Positions 54,721 through 64,000 of a stretch of DNA of 64,000 bases are shown in pieces. The DNA is from Deltaproteobacteria bacterium. Its GTDB lineage: Bacteria > Myxococcota > B64-G9. Under the pieces are notes generated by a model that saw nothing but the letters and a program-made list of their open reading frames with translations, was not told where the DNA came from and did no database searches. The position numbers and the translations under genes were made by a program. The stretch lies in the NCBI GenBank assembly GCA_019307065.1, contig JAFDKH010000052.1:5097-69096 (forward strand), read 5' to 3'. Every line of letters begins with the position of its first letter. Position 1 is the first letter of the stretch.

Positions 54721-55650
54721 ATGGAATCAGCTCTGGTTCAAATGTTCAAGGCCTTGGGAAGTGAGAGTCGGCTTCGGATTCTCAAGGTACTCTTGACTGG
54801 GCGCTATTCTGTCAACGAACTGGTTTCAATTTTGGACATGGGTCAGTCACGGGTGTCCAGACATCTCAAGCTACTGATGAATGCCAACCTGGTGAGCGTC
54901 AGGCGAGAGGGCACCTGGGCTTACTATGAGGCGGCCAGGCCGGCTGATAAAGAAGAAACTACCCCCTGGTTCGATTCGCTATCGAGCACTCGCCTGGACC
55001 TACCAGGGGCACAAGAAGACGATTCTCGCAGGCAGATCTGTCTCGAGCTTCGCCGCCAGAAATCACAGAAATTCCACGATCAAGTTGCCCCACAGTGGTC
55101 GATGATTCGTAAAGAGCTGTTCGGAAACGAAGCTGTGATCGAGCATGTTCTGAAACCGTTTAAAAATGAGAAGATTATTGCCGATCTGGGTTGTGGGGCC
55201 GGCGAGCTGCTGCCCAAGCTAGTTCAATCCGCCGAGCTGGTGATCGGTGTCGACTCGTCGCCGGCCATGCTTGATCAGGCTAGACTGGTTATCGAGAGCC
55301 AGAACTTTGTCGATCGAGTAGAGTTGCGGCTGGGAACCCTCGAACACTTACCCCTAGCCGACAGTGAAGCAGGGGCTGCCCTGCTGAACATGGTTTTGCA
55401 TCATCTAGCTGAGCCGGTTCAGGTTTTGAAAGAAGTCCGTCGGGCGCTTTGTGCCTCGGGCAGGCTGGTTGTCTGTGATTTAGTCAGGCACGACGAGGAA
55501 TGGATGCGAGACAAATACGGTGACTTATGGCTTGGGTTTACTGACAAAGAAATCGGCCGTTTCTTTCAACAGGCCGGATTTGAAATACTTTCCATCAACC
55601 ATTATGACGCGCCGCGGGCAGGTATCCTGGTGGCTGTGGCGCAAGCTTGA
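54721..55650 (+). CDS. ArsR/SmtB-family regulator fused to a class I SAM-dependent methyltransferase
   Basis: ArsR wHTH ([16 protein letters not shown]...[23 protein letters not shown]). Methyltransferase motif [12 protein letters not shown]. Confidence 0.8.
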   Translation: MESALVQMFKALGSESRLRILKVLLTGRYSVNELVSILDMGQSRVSRHLKLLMNANLVSVRREGTWAYYEAARPADKEETTPWFDSLSSTRLDLPGAQEDDSRRQICLELRRQKSQKFHDQVAPQWSMIRKELFGNEAVIEHVLKPFKNEKIIADLGCGAGELLPKLVQSAELVIGVDSSPAMLDQARLVIESQNFVDRVELRLGTLEHLPLADSEAGAALLNMVLHHLAEPVQVLKEVRRALCASGRLVVCDLVRHDEEWMRDKYGDLWLGFTDKEIGRFFQQAGFEILSINHYDAPRAGILVAVAQA

Positions 55651-55664
55651 GTTGGGAGGACAAA

Positions 55665-57110
55665 ATGACCGTGAGCGCAATCGAAAAAGAGAATCTTGAC
55701 AGGCCGGCCTACAAGGTAAAAGACATCGAACTTGGCGAGTGGGGTAGAAAAGAGATCGAAATCGCTGAAATAGAGATGCCGGGTCTGATGGCCATCAGAA
55801 AGAAATACGGGCCGAAAAAACCGCTGACCGGTCAGAGAGTGATGGGCTCTTTGCACATGACTATTCAGACGGCCGTGCTGATCGAAACCCTGGTAGAATT
55901 GGGTGCTGAAGTTCGCTGGGCCAGCTGCAATATCTATTCGACTCAGGATCATGCCGCGGCGGCGATTGCCAAGACTGGTATTGCCCTATTCGCCTGGAAG
56001 GGAGAATCCCTCGAGGAATACTGGTGGTGTACCTTGCAGGCCTTGCGTTTCGAAGGCGGCCAAGGACCAACCCTAATTGTCGACGATGGCGGTGATGCAA
56101 CTATCATGGTGCATCTGGGTCACGAACTCGAAGACTACTTTGCTAAAAACAAGAAACTACCCGAGATCACAGCGACCAATGAAGACGAACGCAGACTTCA
56201 CGAATTGCTGCATCGCCAGATCAAGACCGACGATCAGCTTTGGCATCGCCTGGCTCCCGAGATCCGCGGAGTAAGCGAGGAGACGACTACCGGTGTACAC
56301 CGTCTCTACCAGCGTCTCGAAGCCGGGACGCTGTTGTTCCCGGCTTTCAATGTCAACGATTCGGTAACCAAATCAAAATTCGACAATTTGTACGGTTGCC
56401 GTGAATCTCTGGCCGACGGGATTAAACGCGCCACCGACGTGATGGTAGCTGGCAAGAAAGTACTGGTATGTGGCTACGGTGATGTCGGCAAGGGTTGCGC
56501 CCAGTCCATGCGTGGTTTCGGGGCAACGGTCCGGATCACCGAGATCGATCCAATTTGCGCCCTCCAGGCCGCCATGGAGGGCTACGAAGTGATAACGGTC
56601 GAAGACGCCCTGGCCTCCACCGATATCTATATCACCGCCACCGGTAACTTAGGCGTAATCAAGGCCGAACACATTGCCCGCATGAAAAATCAAGCCATCG
56701 TCTGCAACATCGGCCACTTTGATTCCGAAATTGACGTGGCCGGCCTGATCGGCTGGCCTGGGGTTGTTGAAACCAACATCAAACCCCAGGTCGATAAATA
56801 CACTTTTGAAGACGGCCATTCAATCTTCCTGCTGGCCGGCGGTCGGCTGGTCAATCTGGGTTGTGCCACCGGACATCCCTCGTTTGTGATGTCCAACTCT
56901 TTCACCAATCAGTGTCTGGCTCAAATAGCCCTGGCCGAGAAGAAGCACGAGCTGGGCGTCTATATGTTGCCAAAAGATCTTGACGAAGAAGTGGCCCGCC
57001 TGCACCTCGATCACCTGGGCGTCAAACTTACCAAGTTGACAGAAGAACAAGCCGAATATATCGGCGTTAAAGTCAAGGGCCCCTATAAACCTGAGCACTA
57101 CAGATATTGA
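55665..57110 (+). CDS. ahcY: Adenosylhomocysteinase
   Basis: Hallmarks [65 protein letters not shown] and [10 protein letters not shown]. Start at ATG 55665 after GGGAGGA. Confidence 0.95.
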   Translation: MTVSAIEKENLDRPAYKVKDIELGEWGRKEIEIAEIEMPGLMAIRKKYGPKKPLTGQRVMGSLHMTIQTAVLIETLVELGAEVRWASCNIYSTQDHAAAAIAKTGIALFAWKGESLEEYWWCTLQALRFEGGQGPTLIVDDGGDATIMVHLGHELEDYFAKNKKLPEITATNEDERRLHELLHRQIKTDDQLWHRLAPEIRGVSEETTTGVHRLYQRLEAGTLLFPAFNVNDSVTKSKFDNLYGCRESLADGIKRATDVMVAGKKVLVCGYGDVGKGCAQSMRGFGATVRITEIDPICALQAAMEGYEVITVEDALASTDIYITATGNLGVIKAEHIARMKNQAIVCNIGHFDSEIDVAGLIGWPGVVETNIKPQVDKYTFEDGHSIFLLAGGRLVNLGCATGHPSFVMSNSFTNQCLAQIALAEKKHELGVYMLPKDLDEEVARLHLDHLGVKLTKLTEEQAEYIGVKVKGPYKPEHYRY

Positions 57111-57150
57111 GTGAAAAAACTGCTGCACTTGAGTAAAATTCGTAGCCAAG

Positions 57151-58395
57151 ATGAACGTCGACTCAAATGAGACCCAAGCGCCGCCGGCCGTCGACTGCGA
57201 CGGCTGGTGCTTCAATCGGCAGGAGGTTGCCGGTTCGCTGGGAGATTTGGGTGTCCTGCTGCCGATTGCGCTAGGATTGATTCTGATAAATGGTCTGGAT
57301 GCCACAGCAGTTTTCGTCGGCGTCGGCCTGTACTATGTCCTCGGTGGTCTCTATTTTAGAATTACGATCCCGGTTCAGCCGATGAAAGTTATCGGGGCCT
57401 ATGCAATCGCCAACCTGCTCAGTCCGCTGCAGATCACTTCGGCCGGCATGATCGTCGGGGTTTTATTGTTGGTGTTGGCGTTGACCGGCACGATATCATT
57501 GGCTGGGCGCCTGGTTCCCAAGTCGACGGTTCGGGGAGTTCAATTGACCACCGGAGTGCTGCTTTTTGTCCAGGGCGTCCGTTTCATTCTCGGTGAATCC
57601 AGCCTGCAGGTGGCGCGCGGAACGGCCGAGCCGTTTTTATCTATGGCGGCCATCGGGCATGTGCCGATTGGCATCATTTTAGGTGTCAGTACCATCGTTT
57701 TAATTTTGCTTTTGTTGAACAACAAAAAGTTTCCGGCCGCACTGATTGTTGTAGCCGGAGGGCTACTGGCCGGCCTGGTTCTAGGCGGCTGGCGCGGCCT
57801 GGCCGGTTTCAGGATCGGCTTTAGCTTGCCTGAATTTCTACCCTACGGTTGGCCGGAAACAGCCGACCTGATTGTGGCCTTGACAGTTTTGGCCTTGCCG
57901 CAAGTACCGATGACAGTTGGCAATGCGGTTATCGCCCAAGCCGACCTGACCCGGGAATATTTCGGCGAGCAGGCTGCCCGACGGAGCACGTTCAGGGCCC
58001 TGGCGATTTCAATGGGTTTGGCCAACGTGATTTGTGCTTTTTTCGGCGCCATGCCGATGTGTCATGGAGCCGGAGGCCTGGCGGCGCATTACCGCTTTGG
58101 AGCGCGAACGGTCGGCTCGAATCTGATAATCGGCGGAACCTTTTTATTGGTTGGGCTGCTTCTGGGCAAACAGGCGATACTACTTTTCAGCCTGTTGCCG
58201 TTTTCTGTCTTGGGAGCTTTACTTGTTTTTTCGGGAGCGCAGCTGGCTTTGATGATTCTTGATGTCAAGGATCGCAAAGACATGTTTGTAGTAGTTTCCA
58301 TGCTGGGAGTCGCGTTGGTATCCAACTTGGCGATTGGTTTCGGGGTAGGGGTTGTCCTGGCCTACCTGTTCAAGTTCAAGCGACTGAGTGTATAA
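57151..58395 (+). CDS. Putative sulfate/molybdate transporter (MOT1-like family)
   Basis: 414 aa, polytopic. N-terminal EVAGSLGDLGVLLPIALGL and PVQPMKVIGAYAI motifs, as I remember for the MOT1 family. Confidence 0.6.
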   Translation: MNVDSNETQAPPAVDCDGWCFNRQEVAGSLGDLGVLLPIALGLILINGLDATAVFVGVGLYYVLGGLYFRITIPVQPMKVIGAYAIANLLSPLQITSAGMIVGVLLLVLALTGTISLAGRLVPKSTVRGVQLTTGVLLFVQGVRFILGESSLQVARGTAEPFLSMAAIGHVPIGIILGVSTIVLILLLLNNKKFPAALIVVAGGLLAGLVLGGWRGLAGFRIGFSLPEFLPYGWPETADLIVALTVLALPQVPMTVGNAVIAQADLTREYFGEQAARRSTFRALAISMGLANVICAFFGAMPMCHGAGGLAAHYRFGARTVGSNLIIGGTFLLVGLLLGKQAILLFSLLPFSVLGALLVFSGAQLALMILDVKDRKDMFVVVSMLGVALVSNLAIGFGVGVVLAYLFKFKRLSV

Positions 58396-58404
58396 TATCT
58401 TAGG

Positions 58405-59655
58405 TTGCCGATGTTTAGACGAGCGAAAATATTGGTTGCGACGATTTTCTGCCTGGCCGGCTGTCAGTCTGATGCCGACAGGTTGTTGGCCCCAAGCGAC
58501 GATCCGGCTGACTATCAGGTCGACACGTCTGTTGAATATGAAGCGGTTGCCTCTGAGCCGCGCTGGGTGGTTCCCTCAGCAGGCCTGCCGGCGGAAGTTG
58601 AGCCGATGGCCTCCAACGCCAATGTGGACATTGTTTTTTTTGAAGACAGGTTGTTCATGGCCTGGCGCTCGGCCCCTTATCATTTCGCCTCGACAGAAAC
58701 GAAGATGTACATCGTGTCGTCTGTTGACTCGGGCCAGAGCTGGGATTTCGAGGATCTAATCGATTTGCAAAGCGACATGCGGGAACCGCGCTTTTTGTCA
58801 ATTAACGACTCGCTGCATTTGATTTTCTTTCAAGCCGGCACCAATCCGCTGGCTTTCGAACCACAGAGAATCTGGCGAACCAAACGGCGCGCTTTTGGCG
58901 ACTGGACCAAGACGGCAATTATGCTCGACGAACCGGAAGTCCCCTGGGATTTGAAAGTCCGAAACGGGATCGCCTACCTGACCTCCTACAAAGGCGATCA
59001 CTATAGTAATGAAGAAGACGCTTACGTAGATGTCTTTTTCAAATACTCGCTCGACGGACAGGAGTTTCAGCTGCTGGACGGCAAAGAGTACGTTTATCGA
59101 GGCGGTGTTTCTGAAGTCGCCTTCGAGTTTGACCAGGACGGCAGCCTATGGACCGTTACGCGCAACGAAGACGGCGACGCGACCGGTTTCGGGTCGCATG
59201 TTTGCGTGGCCCAGCCGGATGCCCTGGCCGAGTGGGATTGTCCGCAGCAAAGTGATCCCGAGCGTTATGATTCACCGGATATGTTTCGGCATGGTGACGA
59301 TATCTACTTAGTCGCCCGCCGCGACGTTGGCGGGCCCTACGACCAGGGAGACGATTCGCTGACTTTCCTCGAGCAGCGCTCGAAGTACCTCAAAGACTAT
59401 TCAATGCGTCCCAAACGAACGGCCCTGTACAAGATCGATAAAGAGCGGCGCGCCGTGGTGCATTTGTTTGATTTGCCCGGCAACGGCGACACTGCCTTTC
59501 CGGCGGTGCGCCGTACCGGAAGAGATACCTTCTTGCTGGCCAACTACAGCTCGCCGCTCGACGATCCGGATATCTCCTGGATCGACGGACAAACCAGTCA
59601 GGCCGGAACCCAGCTCTACTTGCTTACTCTCAGTATGGTCCCCAAAGATCCTTGA
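58405..59655 (+). CDS. Lipoprotein with a BNR/Asp-box, sialidase-like beta-propeller (start may be ATG 58411)
   Basis: Lipobox FCLAGCQS. One clear Asp-box, SSVDSGQSW. Beta-rich composition. Confidence 0.5.
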   Translation: MPMFRRAKILVATIFCLAGCQSDADRLLAPSDDPADYQVDTSVEYEAVASEPRWVVPSAGLPAEVEPMASNANVDIVFFEDRLFMAWRSAPYHFASTETKMYIVSSVDSGQSWDFEDLIDLQSDMREPRFLSINDSLHLIFFQAGTNPLAFEPQRIWRTKRRAFGDWTKTAIMLDEPEVPWDLKVRNGIAYLTSYKGDHYSNEEDAYVDVFFKYSLDGQEFQLLDGKEYVYRGGVSEVAFEFDQDGSLWTVTRNEDGDATGFGSHVCVAQPDALAEWDCPQQSDPERYDSPDMFRHGDDIYLVARRDVGGPYDQGDDSLTFLEQRSKYLKDYSMRPKRTALYKIDKERRAVVHLFDLPGNGDTAFPAVRRTGRDTFLLANYSSPLDDPDISWIDGQTSQAGTQLYLLTLSMVPKDP

Positions 59656-59660
59656 GGCAA

Positions 59661-60914
59661 TTAGTCCATTGGTGATTCGGCGCCGGCCAGGGTCTGGTCG
59701 ACTATCGAGATCGGCACGTCGATCATCATACAAATCTTGGCCAGTTCGCCCATTTCCATATTGTCTACCGAGCCGTCGGCGGCTGCGATGATTGTCAGGT
59801 GCTGGATCAGGCGCAGCCTCTGAGCCAGAGTGACTTCTCGCTTGGATTCTTCGGCTTGTTCGGAGAACTCCTTGCGAACCTTGTCCATGTCGTCCTGGGT
59901 TGAATCATCGGTCACCCGATCGCCCAGCAAAGCCCGCAGAGATTCGATCTCGCTGTCTTCGATTACGCCGTTGGCGGCCGCGACCATTAAGCCTGCATTG
60001 TAGAGCATCTTGCGCATCAATTCAGACAAGGTGTTTTTCTCTTCGAGATAGCTGGGCTCCATCAGAGACAGATCGCGCTGAATTATCTCTTCGAGGTCTG
60101 CATCCGACATCCCGGTTGGTTCTTGGCCGATGTAGTTCTGGTACATTTGAGATTTCGAAAAAGCCAGCAACGCCCGAACCCGGACCGGGCTATAGGGGTG
60201 AGTGCAAAAAGAATCCAGCGAGTCGTCTTCATCGTGTGGTTCCGAACGGGCCTCGGGGGCCGAGGCCAGTGAATCAACCTGCGAGGCGAAAGCCTCAAGA
60301 TCGGCCTTGATGCGCTGAGAAGAAAGCCCGCTGGCTAGTTTGAAAAACGAATTGGCGGCCGCCTCGGGGTCTTTTGAGCAGACCAGGCCGACCCGGTCGG
60401 CGCTCAGTTCAGCGGTCCGGCACCACAGGAAGAGTTCTAAAGCGATTGGACGCGAAACCATGCGCCCGGCCAGATCGCGAATGGCGGCCGTATTGGGCAT
60501 CGGAATGCCGAAATGATCGAAGGCGGCATGGCCCAACTCGTGCCCGATCACGAATTGCAGTTCAGGCGGCGAAAACGACTCCAGCAGCCGGGATGAAAGC
60601 CCGATTACAACATGGTTGGAAGGGTCTTTCATGCAAAAGGCGTTGAACATGGCCTCGGGCCGCACGAAGATCTCGACCGGGTGTTTATAGCCGATACTCT
60701 CGCGGCAGGACTCCAGGGCATCAGCCACGTCAGGCGCCATGGAACGGGTCAAACGGAGGGCGCCGGATAAAAGTCTCCGGCGTGCTCCGAACCCGAATCC
60801 TGAAAATGTTTCTTTGAGTCTTGCGATTGCCCGGCTGACACCCTTGTCGCTGCTCAGCTTTTGCCTGAGTTGTCGATCTTGAATGGTTTGAATGGTTGTC
60901 ACGTCAGCGGGCAT
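59661..60914 (-). CDS. M48-family zinc metallopeptidase fused to TerB-like domain(s), cytoplasmic
   Basis: HExxH in VIGHELGHAAFDH and the third-ligand region AELSADRVG. The C-terminal half has TerB-like segments (AAANGVIEDSEIESLRALL, IIAAADGSVDNMEMGELAKI). No TM helix seen. Confidence 0.7.
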   Translation of the reverse strand: MPADVTTIQTIQDRQLRQKLSSDKGVSRAIARLKETFSGFGFGARRRLLSGALRLTRSMAPDVADALESCRESIGYKHPVEIFVRPEAMFNAFCMKDPSNHVVIGLSSRLLESFSPPELQFVIGHELGHAAFDHFGIPMPNTAAIRDLAGRMVSRPIALELFLWCRTAELSADRVGLVCSKDPEAAANSFFKLASGLSSQRIKADLEAFASQVDSLASAPEARSEPHDEDDSLDSFCTHPYSPVRVRALLAFSKSQMYQNYIGQEPTGMSDADLEEIIQRDLSLMEPSYLEEKNTLSELMRKMLYNAGLMVAAANGVIEDSEIESLRALLGDRVTDDSTQDDMDKVRKEFSEQAEESKREVTLAQRLRLIQHLTIIAAADGSVDNMEMGELAKICMMIDVPISIVDQTLAGAESPMD

Positions 60915-60935
60915 TCCATTCTCCCTTTGGCTGGC

Positions 60936-61373
60936 TTATAACGCGTACTTGATAGTCAGTACTTCGATAGTTTTGGTGGCCAGTGCGTCGTCGATGTTCA
61001 ACAGGCGCTGCATGGTTTCGAGCAGCTTGTCTTCGTTTTCGTCTACATCACCCGAAGACATGGCCAGGTCGGCGGCCAGGACGAATAGTTTCTTGCGAAC
61101 CGCCTCGGTTTCGATGTCGGAAAGGGCCTTGATCGACTCTTGCAGATCGCCGTAGCGGGATACGACTTTATTGGCCTCATTCAAAACGTCGTCGAAAATT
61201 TTGCCCTTGAACTCAGGCAAGGTGAACCAATAGGACTTGAGCACGTCCCATTCGGCATCTTCGATGACGCCGTCTGACCCGGCCATCAGCATCAAGCCGT
61301 GCAGCAACAATACGTCGTCAGTCGCTTTCTTTTGTGGGGTTACACCTTTTGTCATCTTAGATAGAAGTCCCAT
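60936..61373 (-). CDS. TerB-family (tellurite-resistance-like) protein
   Basis: 145 aa. LMLMAGSDGVIEDAEWDVL and LAADLAMSSGDVDENEDKLL segments. AAAGGAG RBS. Confidence 0.65.
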   Translation of the reverse strand: MGLLSKMTKGVTPQKKATDDVLLLHGLMLMAGSDGVIEDAEWDVLKSYWFTLPEFKGKIFDDVLNEANKVVSRYGDLQESIKALSDIETEAVRKKLFVLAADLAMSSGDVDENEDKLLETMQRLLNIDDALATKTIEVLTIKYAL

Positions 61374-61618
61374 TTGATTCTCCTTTCAGCTTAGGTTGTT
61401 GTTGAAGCTCCTTGATTTCGAGCACCGTATTTTTGTTGACTTGTTCGCCATCGAAAAGGTGATTCAAATCGATACTACAACTAGACGGTGGCGGCAAATG
61501 CTTTCTACTGCCATCCGAAAACGATTGTAATACCAACGAAATGACATGGCCTGGCCGTCTTGGGAACGGATCTCACGCTTGAGCATGGCTAAACAAGGGT
61601 TGCTGGAGGATGAAAAGA

Positions 61619-63691
61619 CTAATAGAGAAATCTTGCGCTAAACATGACTCGCGAACCGAGTAGTTCACCGCCGTAGTTCGATCCATCCGGAAGGGTGGTT
61701 CCTTGACCTTCTCTGAAATCGGCGCCGAAGGGATTGAAGAAGTTCAAACCCAGATCAACCCGCGAATCACCGAACTTCATCCGATAGATAAGGTTCGCCA
61801 TCAGGTAAGTCCGTGAAGCCAAATGCACCGCCAGGTTTTCGCCCAGCGAGCTTTTTGGGTTACGCAGCCAGATTGACCTGGACGATACGTGGGTCGCCGA
61901 AAGCTGGATAGTCAAGCCGAAGGCAAAGCGCCAGACTCCGCCGACGACCCCGATCAGGCGCGGCATCCAGTCGTGCCTTTCGCCGCTTTCAGTATACCAG
62001 AGATGTCTGAATTCGCCCCTTGCGTAAAGAGTCAGCTCGTCAATCGGGTCGACCTCGATCGAGACATTGATCCCGATGATGTTCGTGTTTTTACCGACGT
62101 TGTCGTATCCAATCGTGCTGTTTGCGAGATCGATTTGGCCCATACCGGTATAGTTGACGTTCGAAACGAACGATATTTTATTGTGGTTCATGCCGAAATA
62201 TACATCGGCGCCCAGGCGTAGGGCCTTGTCCATCAGTGACCCGCGATAGCCCAGTTCGATCGCGGTCAGGCTTTCGTTGCTGAGATCGGGATTGCTGATG
62301 CCTTCCTCGAACAGGGTGGCTATCTCGGGAAAGCCCGGCTCGGCCTCGACCCTGAATTTGATGCTGGTCTCCAAGGCAGACGGCCGCCTAAAGGCCGTCC
62401 CTCCGCTGAGCCTGAGAAAATGTTCTCCGGCCGGGTTGTAGACAATTGCGCCCCGTGGACTGAAAGCCGGATCGGTCGTGTAGTTCCAGTCGACCCGCAG
62501 GCTGGCGGTTAGTTGCAAACGTTCAAAGAACGTGTGTTCGTCGTGCAGGAATGCGCCGAATCGGTAGTCTTTTATATCTGTATCCAAAAAGCTGTCGCAG
62601 CGAAAACTGTTGAAACGAAAGTCGAGGCCGCCAATCAGCAGGTTGTTTTCAAAGAGTTCGAGATCATACTGGGCCTGGACATGAAAGGTGTCGGCCGCCA
62701 GATCGAAAGTCGGTAACTCACCCATGATTCCAGCTGAGGGATGCACCAGATCAGCTTCGATATCGATTGCGGTGCGCAACCCGTACCAGTAAGCCTGGGC
62801 CTTGAACTTCTTCCATTCTACAGATAGTTGGGTGTGGCCGATAGTGAAATTATTGAAGTTCAGATAACCCAGGACTCCGAACATGCGCCCGCTGCCCTTG
62901 ATCAAGCCGCCGTCGAGGGTCAGATTGCCGTCGGGTATGTCCAGGCGCAAGACGAGGTTGCTATGGAGTATGTCCTTGGCGGATGTGTCGCGGTGGATCC
63001 AGGAATCGGCTAAATCGAGGCCGATTGTGGCCTGAACAGATAAGGGATCGAGCCCGCCCTGTATCAATCCCTGCAGTTGGCTGGTGCCGTGCTGGCCTGC
63101 CACCAGGCTCAGGTTTGTTGAAAAACCCGGGGCGGGCTGGCGGGTGATGATGTTGACTACCGCAGCGACTGCATTGGCGCCGTAGAGGGCCGAATTGGGT
63201 CCCAGGACGATCTCGATTCGTTCGACGGCCTCGAGACCGAAAGGCACCAGTGAGAAAAAGGGTGATTCGAAAAGATCGAGATTGAGATCGCGGCCGTTAA
63301 CCATCAGCAGAATGACTTTTCTGCCGCGGATTTCGGCGTTGGGGTACAACGGATCGAAATCGTAGATATGCACGGCCGGATAGCGGCGCAGCAGATCGCT
63401 CAGGGTTATCGCCCCGGAGTCCTCGATGTCTTGCCGGGTTATGACGATAACCGCCGAGGGACTGAAACCGATTTTCTGTTTGTGCTTGGAGGCCGTCAGA
63501 ACGATGTCGTCTTCTTGCAAAAAGGCAAACTCGTCGGTCAGATCAAAGTCTTCGTCGAGGGCAGGATCGGACAGGCCGGCATCGTCGTCGCCAGCCTGGT
63601 CGTCATCTGCAAAAGATGCAAACGGCCAGGACAAAAGGCTACATACAAGTACAATCAATCCAGTGCGCCTGCAAAATCTCTGCACCTTCAT
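61619..63691 (-). CDS. TonB-dependent outer-membrane receptor
   Basis: Signal peptide. Plug region (DIVLTASK, ITRQDIEDSGAITLSDLLRRYPAV, RIEIVLGPNSALYGANA). Long beta-barrel with the aromatic C-terminus FSARFLY. Confidence 0.85.
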   Translation of the reverse strand: MKVQRFCRRTGLIVLVCSLLSWPFASFADDDQAGDDDAGLSDPALDEDFDLTDEFAFLQEDDIVLTASKHKQKIGFSPSAVIVITRQDIEDSGAITLSDLLRRYPAVHIYDFDPLYPNAEIRGRKVILLMVNGRDLNLDLFESPFFSLVPFGLEAVERIEIVLGPNSALYGANAVAAVVNIITRQPAPGFSTNLSLVAGQHGTSQLQGLIQGGLDPLSVQATIGLDLADSWIHRDTSAKDILHSNLVLRLDIPDGNLTLDGGLIKGSGRMFGVLGYLNFNNFTIGHTQLSVEWKKFKAQAYWYGLRTAIDIEADLVHPSAGIMGELPTFDLAADTFHVQAQYDLELFENNLLIGGLDFRFNSFRCDSFLDTDIKDYRFGAFLHDEHTFFERLQLTASLRVDWNYTTDPAFSPRGAIVYNPAGEHFLRLSGGTAFRRPSALETSIKFRVEAEPGFPEIATLFEEGISNPDLSNESLTAIELGYRGSLMDKALRLGADVYFGMNHNKISFVSNVNYTGMGQIDLANSTIGYDNVGKNTNIIGINVSIEVDPIDELTLYARGEFRHLWYTESGERHDWMPRLIGVVGGVWRFAFGLTIQLSATHVSSRSIWLRNPKSSLGENLAVHLASRTYLMANLIYRMKFGDSRVDLGLNFFNPFGADFREGQGTTLPDGSNYGGELLGSRVMFSARFLY

Positions 63692-63807
63692 TTTCCTCGG
63701 TTAGATGTCTTTTTCGAAAATCAAGTTGAGAATACAGAAACTGTGTCACTTTTTGCTTGTTTTGTCAGCTTTTTGCCGTGGAGATGCAGCTTTAGTGCAG
63801 CGCCATT

Positions 63808-64000
63808 TTATTTGGCTGCCTGGAGGCGCTGCATGATCTTGCCGGTTTCGTTGCCCTGGCGGCTTCCGTCCGGGCCAATCAGGATGTAATCGAACAAGTC
63901 TTTATCGGTGGCTTCGACCCGGGCTCCGGACTTGAGTTTGGGGATGTAGTGCGGATCGTTCATCAGGATGCCGTAGACTTTATCATCTTGCCACTTGACT
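63808..64000 (-). CDS. 3' end of a CDS continuing beyond the window (63 C-terminal aa; possibly DUF2314-like)
   Basis: Reverse-strand frame open from 63999 to TAA at 63810-63808: VKWQDDKVYGILMNDPHYIPKLKSGARVEATDKDLFDYILIGPDGSRQGNETGKIMQRLQAAK. Not in the ORF track because no start lies in the window. Confidence 0.4.
   Translation of the reverse strand, partial: VKWQDDKVYGILMNDPHYIPKLKSGARVEATDKDLFDYILIGPDGSRQGNETGKIMQRLQAAK

Noticed and set aside
61374-61618. 245-nt gap between the TonB-dependent receptor and the TerB gene, including a 41-codon minus-strand ORF (MLKREIRSQDGQAMSFRWYYNRF...).
   Set aside because: It has no RBS, no motif and no conservation evidence available. The gap most likely holds only the terB promoter and RBS region.
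63692-63807. Riboswitch (for example cobalamin) or Fur box upstream of the TonB-dependent receptor; also an SAH riboswitch upstream of ahcY (55651-55664).
   Set aside because: I could recognise no conserved riboswitch core or Fur-box-like palindrome. The ahcY leader is only 14 nt.

Overview
This is a densely packed 64-kb chromosomal window of about 50% G+C by my spot counts. I saw no rRNA, CRISPR, transposase, integrase or phage genes. The gene content looks like a Myxococcota-type Gram-negative bacterium, probably metagenome-derived: many FHA, PilZ and TPR/HEAT proteins, giant Ig-repeat surface proteins, and an MXAN_5187-type C-terminal domain. I call about 56 CDS, one tRNA-Lys(CTT), one decayed rdgB gene, several tandem or direct repeats, and a few candidate promoters and terminators. 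The window falls into seven blocks. (1) 1-6.9 kb: two paralogous giant surface proteins, one with an FG-GAP propeller head and one with a vWA head. (2) 6.9-12.5 kb: housekeeping genes (HAD, cupin, truD, yjbQ, a GT-C-like membrane protein). (3) 12.5-24.7 kb: a non-canonical Tad-like module with PilZ, two stand-alone MshEN/T2SSE_N proteins, DUF2085, a Zn-ribbon, CpaB-TadB-TadC, two FHA-TM proteins and a TadD-like TPR lipoprotein, but no ATPase, secretin, pilin or prepilin peptidase. (4) 24.8-32.1 kb: PBP1A, an FG-GAP protein, an orphan SBP and a histidine kinase. (5) 32.2-40.6 kb: a histone H1-like Lys-repeat gene, DsbA, envelope proteins, UbiA, an LpxH-like gene, trmB and a cNMP-binding protein. 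(6) 40.6-46.6 kb: a GC-rich 6.0-kb island (single 60-nt lines count 63-68%). It is bounded by 31-bp direct repeats that copy the 3' end of the cNMP-binding gene, and it carries an orphan GntR / glycyl-radical-enzyme / activase operon. (7) 46.6-64 kb: a HEAT-repeat pair, an amidase, the rdgB remnant, an ABC-2 exporter, tRNA-Lys, an FHA-MBL pair, ArsR-methyltransferase/ahcY/MOT1-type transporter, a TerB/M48-TerB pair and a TonB-dependent receptor. The two most interesting items are the repeat-bounded GRE island and the ATPase-less Tad-like module decorated with c-di-GMP-receptor and FHA proteins. All functional calls rest on motifs read by eye; no database search was run.
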